Positions 16,300 to 23,199 are shown, counted from the stretch's first letter. The stretch: 32,000 nucleotides of DNA from Ruminococcus albus 7 = DSM 20455 (GCF_000179635.2 NC_014833.1:3480001-3512000); one strand, 5' to 3'. Notes: generated by a model not told the origin, from the letters alone. A program made the numbers and translations.

Positions 16300-17735
16300 T
16301 AAGCCATTGGACTTTGATCCTTTCGTAAAATAAATATATATAAGTAAATCTGAAACCTTCACCCGCACTGCAAGTAAACTCAAAACAAACGCGCAGGTAC
16401 AAATATCATATTTCCATTGGAACTGATTTCCTTTCGGTAAGAGAAAATTTTTGTCGGGAAAAAACTTAACTTCTCATCGGATTTACTACCTTTCAATATA
16501 TTTTATACGTCGTGCTCCGCATACGCGAAAATTCAAATCAAGCCATTGGTCTAAACCCTTTCGTAAAATTTTAACGCACACGCGTCATAATATCGGGATA
16601 TTCCGTTATGCTCCGGAACTAAGCTGTATTTATCTTCGGGATCACTCCTGACTATAAATTATCAACCGTTAACTCCCATTCATCAGGATCAACGTGCTGC
16701 GGACTTACTTGCCCGCCAAAGGTCGGATCATTTGTCAACTATGCCATTGGAACCTTTTCCTTTCGGTAGATTAACGCTTTCGCGCTCTTGTCGGGACGCT
16801 CCCTTTAGCTCGGAAGCTAAGCTGCTACACCCTTCGGAATCACTCCTATCTCTCAGATATTCAGCAGTCTTGTGCGCATTTTCATAATGCACCACTCCCT
16901 ATTATAAGATATGCGGCATTTCCTGCCGTACATTATTGACGTCAGTCAAACCAATTTATGCCATTGGTATCTTTCCTTTCGGTAGATTTGCGCTTTCGCG
17001 CTCTTGTCGGGACGCTCCCTTTAGCTCGGAAGCTAAGCTGCTACACCCTTCGGAATCACTCCTATCTCTCAGATATTCAGCAGTCTTGTGCGCATTTTCA
17101 TAATGCACCACTCCCTATTATAAGATATGCGGCATTTCCTGCCGTACATTATTGACGTCAGTCAAACCAATTTATGCCATTGGTATCTTTCCTTTCGGTA
17201 GATTTACGCTTTCGCGTTCTTGTCGGGATGTTCCTCTAGCTCAGGAACTAAGCTGCGTTGTACTTGGGACTCACTCCTCACTCTCAAATTCTCAGCAGTT
17301 TTACGTGCATTACCATAATGCAACACTCCCTAACCTAATATTGTTTTCGGCTTCATGCCGAAATCTGATCAATATAAAATCATGCCATCGGACTAACACC
17401 TTTCGGTAGATTTGCGCTCTCGCGCTTTCATCGGAATGCTTCCTTCCGCTCGGAAGCTAAGCTGCGTAGAACTTCGGACTCACTCCCCTCTTTTATAATT
17501 ATTATCAAACTCCCCCGTCAACAACGGAGATATTCAATTTTAAGTTCTGAGTATCCGCCTTGTATAAACGAATTAGTATAGCCATCCGCAGACCCGTTTA
17601 CTTCTTGCTTTGATAACCTCATCATTCGGAACTGTCAGCCCATACGTCTGAGTCCGTTCCCGGTCTTTCAAGATCTCCACGAGCCCTGAATACTCAAAAG
17701 GCTCTCGCTTACATCCATCGGACTCGCTCCCTTCC
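16300..17735 (-). repeat. Array of 7-8 tandem diverged repeat units with period about 110-217 bp
   Basis: Each unit is anchored on the plus strand by (G/T)CCAT(T/C)GG. These anchors lie at about 16303, 16414, 16543, 16743, 16960, 17177, 17385 and 17714. Each is followed by CCTTTCG(G)TA. Confidence 0.85.
16741..17174 (-). repeat. Near-perfect tandem duplication (217 + 216 bp) inside the array
   Basis: Units 16741-16957 and 16958-17173 are identical over about 175 nt. They differ only in the first roughly 40 nt. Confidence 0.95.
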
Positions 17736-17945
17736 GGATATACTAAGATCTGACGGAGTCTGCACCGCTTTTTTAGATGGACCCTCGTCCTGCACTGACT
17801 GCGGCACCTTTACTCATTTCCGTAAAGATCTCATTTTAAGGAACTATCAGCTTTATTACCAAGACCCGGCGATAACAACGTGCCTTTCGGCTCATCTCCG
17901 CCATCGCCTTATTGATTTTTATCTGCTTTCCTTTTCCTTGAATAT

Positions 17946-17974
17946 ACTATACCACATTTTTTGGTGTTTGTCAA
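17946..17974 (-). promoter_or_regulatory. Near-consensus sigma-A promoter pointing into the repeat array
   Basis: The minus strand reads TTGACA (17974-17969), a 17-nt spacer ending in TGG (extended -10), then TATAGT (17951-17946). Confidence 0.6.
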
Positions 17975-18052
17975 TAGTTTTTTTCAACATTTCTATATTT
18001 TTTATATTTAACTTACAAAGAAAAGTGTTACAGATGCTTCAGAAAAAACTGC

Positions 18053-18081
18053 TTGACTTATTTGGTAATTTGTAGTATAAT
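18053..18081 (+). promoter_or_regulatory. Sigma-A promoter for the DUF1292 gene
   Basis: TTGACT (18053-18058), a 17-nt spacer, then TATAAT (18076-18081). Confidence 0.7.
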
Positions 18082-18089
18082 GTAAATGT

Positions 18090-18132
18090 TGCGGCGGTCA
18101 GACGGCGGTCAGATAACGCCGCATTTGTTTTT
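18090..18132 (+). promoter_or_regulatory. Terminator-like hairpin in the 5' leader (possible attenuator)
   Basis: TGCGGCG (18090-18096) pairs with CGCCGCA (18117-18123) and is followed by TTTGTTTTT, immediately before the RBS AAGGAGG. The 5' arm is duplicated (CGGCGGTCAGA twice). Confidence 0.45.
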
Positions 18133-18147
18133 AAGGAGGTCATTAGT

Positions 18148-18480
18148 ATGGATGAGCAGATGAATGAATACACCCCCGATCTTTATGAACTGATGGACGA
18201 GGAAGGCAACAAGCAGACCTTTGAACTGCTGGACTGCATGGACTTCGAGGGCGAGAGATATTATGCGCTTACTCCTTTCTATGAGGAAGATAATGCCGAC
18301 AAGATACTTGATGAAGCTTCGCTGCTTGTTATACTGAAGGCAGAGTACGACAATGAAACAGGCGAAGAGATCCTTGCTTCTATCGAGGATGAGGAACTGT
18401 TCGACCGTGTAGGTGAAGCTTTTGAACAGCGTCTGGAAGAGATGTTCGATTTTGAAGATGACGAAGAAGATGGAGAATAA
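18148..18480 (+). CDS. DUF1292-family small acidic protein
   Basis: YELMDEEGNKQTFELLDCMDFEGERYYALTP and a very acidic C-terminus are typical of the DUF1292 (YrzB-like) family. A strong RBS is present. Confidence 0.85.
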   Translation: MDEQMNEYTPDLYELMDEEGNKQTFELLDCMDFEGERYYALTPFYEEDNADKILDEASLLVILKAEYDNETGEEILASIEDEELFDRVGEAFEQRLEEMFDFEDDEEDGE

Positions 18481-18548
18481 TTCATACCATATCTTCAAAT
18501 AATTTATATCGTACAATTTTTTACACACTATTTTGTTTAATTTACCGT

Positions 18549-18577
18549 TTGAAATCTGCACGATTATATGGTATAAT
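18549..18577 (+). promoter_or_regulatory. Sigma-A promoter of the orphan RNA/leader upstream of the alcohol dehydrogenase
   Basis: TTGAAA (18549-18554), a 17-nt spacer ending in TGG, then TATAAT (18572-18577). Confidence 0.6.
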
Positions 18578-18583
18578 GTAGAC

Positions 18584-18885
18584 ACAATAAGGGAAGCGGA
18601 AAGCTTCCTGTGAACAAGGTTTTTAGATTGCTACCTTGTTCGACCAAGCATAGCTTTTTAAATCCAACACTTATTAAAAGGGATTCGCACTCTTTCCGAA
18701 GATTGAAGACCTCCCGCCCGAACCGCTTATGCCGTTCGGTCTACGGACGAAGGGATCATGAGACTGAAAGGTCGTTTTACCCACCCTGCACATTGATGCG
18801 GGTTTACATTCTATGCGACGGCAAGGCGGCAATTTATCTTAAAAACAGAGCTGACAGATCCTATCTGTCAGCTTTTCTTTTTATA
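18584..18885 (+). ncRNA. Candidate roughly 300-nt structured RNA or long cis-regulatory leader, class not recognised
   Basis: It runs from the predicted start site to a strong intrinsic terminator. It contains several hairpins: GGAAGC/GCTTCC at 18592-18608, a 9-bp stem at 18612-18641, and CCGAAC/GTTCGG at 18718-18739. The overlapping ORF-track frame has no RBS and non-protein-like composition. Confidence 0.4.
18849..18882 (+). terminator. Intrinsic terminator 50 nt upstream of the alcohol dehydrogenase start
   Basis: An 11-bp stem AGCTGACAGAT-cct-ATCTGTCAGCT is followed by TTTTCTTTTT. An A-run upstream makes it potentially bidirectional. Confidence 0.85.
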
Positions 18886-18933
18886 TTTCATTTTCTGCGC
18901 AGTATATACAAACATTCAAAGGAGGCAGATGTC

Positions 18934-20037
18934 ATGCAGAAGTTGATAGATAACAGCACAGAGGCGCTTGACAGATATTTTTCGGAGATCGGAGCAAAGC
19001 GTATAATGCTGGTAGGCGGCAGGTCTATGGACAGACTTGATATCGGCAGGTATTTCAATGAGCTCACCGCACGCACAGGTATAGAGGTAGTGCGGTTTTC
19101 TGATTTCAAGCCAAATCCCGATTACAGTTCCGCGCTCGCAGGGACAGCACTTTACAAAGAAAAGGGCTGTGATATGATAGTTGCCGTCGGCGGAGGTTCA
19201 GCTATGGATACCGCAAAATGCATAAAGATGTATGCTACTATGGATGACACTGAGGACTACATCACTCAGAAGATAATTCCCAACGATATCGAATTTTTTG
19301 CCGTTCCCACTACAGCCGGCACAGGCAGCGAAGCTACACGATATGCCATAATTTACCACAACGGCAGCAAGGTATCCGTAACGGACAGCAGCTGCATACC
19401 GACCGCAGTGCTGTTTGACCCTTCCGTACTGAAGACTCTTCCCGACTATCATAAGAAAGCCACTATGATGGATGCTTTGTGTCACGCAGTAGAAAGCTAC
19501 TGGTCTGTTCATTCGACCGATGAAAGCAAAACATACGCTGCCGAAGCCATAAAGCTCATATTCTCGGCCATGGGCGGATATCTCGCAAATACCGACTCCG
19601 GCAACGAAGATATGCTGAGAGCATCAAACTTAGCAGGCAAGGCGATAAACATCACAGCAACAACAGCAGGCCATGCCATGTGCTACAAGCTCACCACAAA
19701 GTACGGACTTGCTCACGGTCACGCAGCTGCGCTTTGCGTAAAGGCGCTGTTCCCATTCATGGTCAAAAACACCTCTCTTTGCAAAGATATGCGCGGAGAG
19801 AAGTATTTCAAAAATATGCTTGATGAGCTTGCCGGCATTATGGGCTGCAGCTCAGCCTTATCGGCTGCCGAATGCTTCGGCACACTTACCGACAGTCTGG
19901 GTCTTGGTGCACCTTCTGCCGACAAAGATGATATCGAACTGCTGGTATCCTCGGTAAATGCCGAGCGCCTGAAAAACCATCCCGTCACCCTGGACAGCAG
20001 CACTATATCATACCTGTACAAAAACATCGTATCATAA
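18934..20037 (+). CDS. Iron-containing (group III) alcohol dehydrogenase family protein
   Basis: The start is trimmed to the ATG at 18934, behind AAAGGAGG. It carries the GGGSAMDTAKC dinucleotide motif and His-rich metal-site contexts (CHAVESYW, GHAMCY, HGHAAA). Confidence 0.85.
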   Translation: MQKLIDNSTEALDRYFSEIGAKRIMLVGGRSMDRLDIGRYFNELTARTGIEVVRFSDFKPNPDYSSALAGTALYKEKGCDMIVAVGGGSAMDTAKCIKMYATMDDTEDYITQKIIPNDIEFFAVPTTAGTGSEATRYAIIYHNGSKVSVTDSSCIPTAVLFDPSVLKTLPDYHKKATMMDALCHAVESYWSVHSTDESKTYAAEAIKLIFSAMGGYLANTDSGNEDMLRASNLAGKAINITATTAGHAMCYKLTTKYGLAHGHAAALCVKALFPFMVKNTSLCKDMRGEKYFKNMLDELAGIMGCSSALSAAECFGTLTDSLGLGAPSADKDDIELLVSSVNAERLKNHPVTLDSSTISYLYKNIVS

Positions 20038-20146
20038 TATACCGCTCTTAAACGGATACGTATAAAGAACAATATACTTATCCCCCTGACAAACCAAATC
20101 AATTGGTATGTCGGCGGTCATCCTCCGATTTACTGTTTTGCTGAAA

Positions 20147-20182
20147 ATGAGGGAGATCCTTTTTCAAAAGGATCTCCCTCAT
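20147..20182. terminator. Bidirectional terminator (17-bp perfect palindrome)
   Basis: ATGAGGGAGATCCTTTT-tc-AAAAGGATCTCCCTCAT lies between the convergent adh and regulator genes. Confidence 0.8.
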
Positions 20183-20187
20183 CTATG

Positions 20188-21300
20188 TCATAATCCCTTT
20201 TTAATGATCCCGTTCAGTCTAAGATCTGCCACCGATTCTCTGGTTACCAGTTCGGGAGTAAAAAGTATATCCCTGGGCTGGTCAACACGACCCTCGATCA
20301 TACCAAGAAGCAGTTCAGCTGCAGCTTCTCCCAGTTTTTTCTGCGGATGATGCACCGTTGTCAGCGGCACCTCACATATAGATGCATACCTTGAATCATC
20401 TATGCCGACCACAGATATATCCCCAGGCACCTTTATATCCCTGTCCCTGCAAAGTTTCAGCAGCCTGACCGCTATCTTGTCGTTATAGCACACCACAGCC
20501 GTCTTTCCTTTGAGCAGACTTACCAGCTTATCCTCTGCACTGCTGAACATATCTTCTCTTTCCGATGTTGCGAACCACATAACATTACGCTCTGATTCGC
20601 GTATCCCATGCCTCAGACAGCTCTGCATATATCCGCTGTAACGCTTATGCCCCTGCAGATCGTCCAGCGCAAAAATACCTGCTATCGCTGTATGTCCGCA
20701 GTCAAACAGATGATCCGTCACCGTTCTTCCCGCAGCAATATCATCCATCGCCACGCAGGGCTGGTCTGCCCATGGGTACTTCGCGTTGAAGAACACCAGC
20801 GGGATATTCTCACGCTTCAGCTTTGCATAAAGTTCCATATTCGGATTCGGCAGCGCACTCTTTGAAGGCTCGACTATCAGCCCCTGCACGCCGTTTGCCA
20901 GCATACTCTCAAGTGCCTGAGTTTCCTCATATACCTGATTGTGAGTTATCGCCAGCTGCATAGTGCAGCCCGCAGCCCCGAGAACGCTCTCCACGCCTGT
21001 AACTATATGCGGGAATATGTAATCACTGAAATAAGTTGATATTACACCTATGCTGCCCTTGACGGATACCGGCGCTGAAACAGCCGTCCTGCTGCCAACA
21101 AAGGTACCGCTTCCGCGTACACGTACTATTATATTCTCGCTTTCAAGCATCATCAGTGCCTGCCTGACAGTCTGTCGGCTTACACCATGTATCTCACAAA
21201 GCTGTTTTTCGGTAAGGAAACGATCATTGTGCTTCAGCCCTTTTTCAGCTATATATTCCTTGACCCAGTCCACGATCAACATATATTTATAATTATCCAT
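20188..21300 (-). CDS. AraR-type transcriptional regulator (GntR-family HTH fused to a LacI/periplasmic-binding-protein-like sugar-sensing domain)
   Basis: It has an N-terminal GntR HTH (LTEKQLCEIHGVSRQTVRQALMMLESENIIVRVRGSGTFV) followed by a roughly 290-aa PBP-type domain. Confidence 0.85.
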   Translation of the reverse strand: MDNYKYMLIVDWVKEYIAEKGLKHNDRFLTEKQLCEIHGVSRQTVRQALMMLESENIIVRVRGSGTFVGSRTAVSAPVSVKGSIGVISTYFSDYIFPHIVTGVESVLGAAGCTMQLAITHNQVYEETQALESMLANGVQGLIVEPSKSALPNPNMELYAKLKRENIPLVFFNAKYPWADQPCVAMDDIAAGRTVTDHLFDCGHTAIAGIFALDDLQGHKRYSGYMQSCLRHGIRESERNVMWFATSEREDMFSSAEDKLVSLLKGKTAVVCYNDKIAVRLLKLCRDRDIKVPGDISVVGIDDSRYASICEVPLTTVHHPQKKLGEAAAELLLGMIEGRVDQPRDILFTPELVTRESVADLRLNGIIKKGL

Positions 21301-21583
21301 TACTGCCCCCCTGCAAGTTGTATGACAAATTTTACCACACGCATATATATGACATTACTAATCAGACAAATTATAACACGATTTCCACCATTTGTAAATA
21401 CAACTTCACGAAATCTCAACCGCTTTTGTATAGTTAGCAAATTCACCGCGGTGCTCTTTGTCAGTTTTAACCAAAGATATCCTATTATTATCCGCCGGAA
21501 GAACTTGTACGGTCTGCAGTTCCTCAGCGCTGAATGTCATCAACTACAAAACATCGGATAATACTGTTTTTTTGTATTTAGTA

Positions 21584-21612
21584 TTGAAATTCAGTCTTAG
21601 TTGTGTTATAAT
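21584..21612 (+). promoter_or_regulatory. Sigma-A promoter for nadB-nadC
   Basis: TTGAAA (21584-21589), a 17-nt spacer ending in TGT, then TATAAT (21607-21612). Confidence 0.65.
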
Positions 21613-21696
21613 GGAATAAGTATACAGTTAGAGGGTCATCATGTCCCGCGCTGTTGTTTCGATGTAAATCTCTGCATAGCAAAGAGGGTAAAATTT

Positions 21697-23199
21697 ATGA
21701 GCAAAAATTATGATGTTATCATTGCAGGCTGCGGCGCTGCGGGTCTTTACGGGGCGATCAACCTCCCTTCCGATCTGAAGGTCCTGGTACTCGCCAAGCG
21801 TGAGCTTACTCTGTGTAATTCCGCACTGGCACAGGGCGGTATCGCAGGTGTTTATAAAAGCCCGGAGGATTCTCCCGAATTCCACAAGGAGGATACCTTT
21901 ATAGCAGGCGGCTTTGAGAACGATCCCGATTCCACCGAGGTACTCGTTACCGAGGCGGCGCTGGATATCGACAGGATAATACAGCTGGGCGTTGAATTTG
22001 ATAAGAAGCCGGACGGTGATTATCACCGCACCCTTGAGGGCGGTCACGGCAAGCACCGCATATTCCACCATAAGGATGCTACGGGCTACGAGATAGAGAC
22101 CAAGCTGCTCGCTTATGTTCAGACTCTCCCCAATGTGGAAATATGGGAGAATGCCCTGATGTGCGATTGTCACAAGGTAGGGGACGGCTTCTCCTTCCTT
22201 ATATTAAAGGACGGCGAATACATCACCTGCAATTCCCATAAGACCATATTCGCAACGGGCGGTATCGGCAGAGTTTACGAGTTCACTACCAATTCAGCTA
22301 TCGCTACAGGTGACGGCATAGCCAAGGCATACGATATGGGCGCAAAGATAAAGCATCTCAGCTATATACAGTTCCACCCCACCGCATTCAACAACCGCAA
22401 GACCAGAGAGTGTTTCCTGATATCCGAAGCTGTACGCGGCGAGGGCGCTTATCTGCTCAACTGCAAAAAGGAAAGATTCATGCAGAACTATGACCGCAGA
22501 CTTGAACTTGCTCCCCGAGATGTTGTATCGCATTCTATCATATTCGAAGCAAAGAAAACAGGCTCGGACGAGTTCTATATAGATATATCCCATAAGGATC
22601 CCGAGTTCGTAAAGAACCGATTCCCGATGATATACAAGAACCTGCTGGAAGCAGGCTACGATATGACCAAGGAACCTGTGCCCATATTCCCGTGTCACCA
22701 CTACCTTATGGGCGGCATAAATGTTGATACCTATGCAAGAACGAATATCGAAGGTATGTATGCCTGCGGCGAATGCTCTCACACGGGTGTTCACGGCAAC
22801 AACAGGCTTGCAAGCAATTCTCTGCTGGAAGCTCTGGTATTCTCACGCCGCGCAGCGCATGACATCGCAAAGAAGATAGACAAGAGCAAGAAGCTGGAAA
22901 GCTATGATTACAAGATAGACGAAAACGCCGAGCATATCCCCTCGGGACTGCGCCGTGAGATAAGGTCTATCATGCAGAGATCCTATTTTGTACTGCCCGA
23001 TATCGGCAGCCTGCAGGATTCTCTTACAAGAGTCGCTCACATACGTGAAATGCTGATAAAAGGCAATTACAAGCTAGACCGCGATTATGTCGAGGCAAGG
23101 AGCCTTGCGACGGTAGCTTACATCGTTCTTACCGAGGCTGTTGAGATAGCCTTTGAGAGCGTGCCACTTGATTACGTTGACTACGAACACGGATTCTGA
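21697..23199 (+). CDS. nadB: L-aspartate oxidase
   Basis: The start is trimmed to the ATG at 21697. It has the FAD motif DVIIAGCGAAGL and the motifs AQGGIA, HPT and RLASNSLLE typical of NadB and the succinate-dehydrogenase flavoprotein family. Confidence 0.92.
   Translation: MSKNYDVIIAGCGAAGLYGAINLPSDLKVLVLAKRELTLCNSALAQGGIAGVYKSPEDSPEFHKEDTFIAGGFENDPDSTEVLVTEAALDIDRIIQLGVEFDKKPDGDYHRTLEGGHGKHRIFHHKDATGYEIETKLLAYVQTLPNVEIWENALMCDCHKVGDGFSFLILKDGEYITCNSHKTIFATGGIGRVYEFTTNSAIATGDGIAKAYDMGAKIKHLSYIQFHPTAFNNRKTRECFLISEAVRGEGAYLLNCKKERFMQNYDRRLELAPRDVVSHSIIFEAKKTGSDEFYIDISHKDPEFVKNRFPMIYKNLLEAGYDMTKEPVPIFPCHHYLMGGINVDTYARTNIEGMYACGECSHTGVHGNNRLASNSLLEALVFSRRAAHDIAKKIDKSKKLESYDYKIDENAEHIPSGLRREIRSIMQRSYFVLPDIGSLQDSLTRVAHIREMLIKGNYKLDRDYVEARSLATVAYIVLTEAVEIAFESVPLDYVDYEHGF

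Larger units (their letters stand above)
16257..17939 (-). ncRNA. Candidate long (about 1.7 kb) non-coding RNA of unknown class containing tandem structured modules
   Basis: It is bracketed by the minus-strand promoter at 17946-17974 and the minus-strand terminator at 16254-16285. It contains no ORF with an RBS longer than 16 codons. GNRA tetraloops and G.U pairs are only consistent with the minus strand. Confidence 0.45.

Noticed and set aside
16171-16383. Minus-strand 70-aa ORF at the end of the array
   Set aside because: It runs straight through the minus-strand intrinsic terminator hairpin (16254-16285), has no RBS and has odd composition. It is most likely a chance ORF.
16915-16950. Perfect 8-bp palindrome TGACGTCA in the repeat units as a protein-binding site
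   Set aside because: It occurs only in the two near-identical units and is not conserved in the diverged copies. It is therefore probably incidental.
16900-16960. Internal promoters in each repeat unit (TTGACT and TATAAT on the minus strand; TTGACG on the plus strand)
   Set aside because: TTGACT and TATAAT are 37 nt apart. The TATAAT is not conserved in the diverged units, and the plus-strand TTGACG has only a poor -10 (TGCCAT). A single upstream promoter explains the locus better.
16860-17090. Hammerhead-type self-cleaving ribozyme core in each unit (the conserved CTGCTGA on the minus strand resembles CUGANGA)
   Set aside because: The conserved heptamer is CUGCUGA, with C where the invariant A6 is required. 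I could not place the GAAA and helix III elements around it. Other small ribozyme classes could not be assessed from memory.
16451-17409. Plus-strand ORFs inside the repeat array (16451..16651, 16958..17155, 17152..17409), two of which are near-duplicates
   Set aside because: They start at the ATG of the repeated ATGCCATTGG anchor with no Shine-Dalgarno sequence. Their similarity is simply the DNA repeat. The translations are R/S/L/C/H-rich with no recognisable domain, and the structural signals (GNRA loops, G.U pairs, promoter, terminator) all point to the opposite strand.
16300-17735. CRISPR array, or a ToxI-like type III antitoxin repeat array
   Set aside because: The repeat period is about 110-217 bp with no short invariant repeat/unique spacer alternation, and there are no cas genes in the window. 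Type III antitoxin repeats are about 36 nt and sit directly upstream of a toxin ORF, which is absent here.
18610-18933. N-terminal 108-aa extension of the alcohol dehydrogenase suggested by the ORF track (GTG start at 18610)
   Set aside because: The extension crosses a strong intrinsic terminator, has no RBS and is R/S/C-rich. A canonical AAAGGAGG-N7-ATG start at 18934 yields a normal-length Fe-ADH of about 367 aa.
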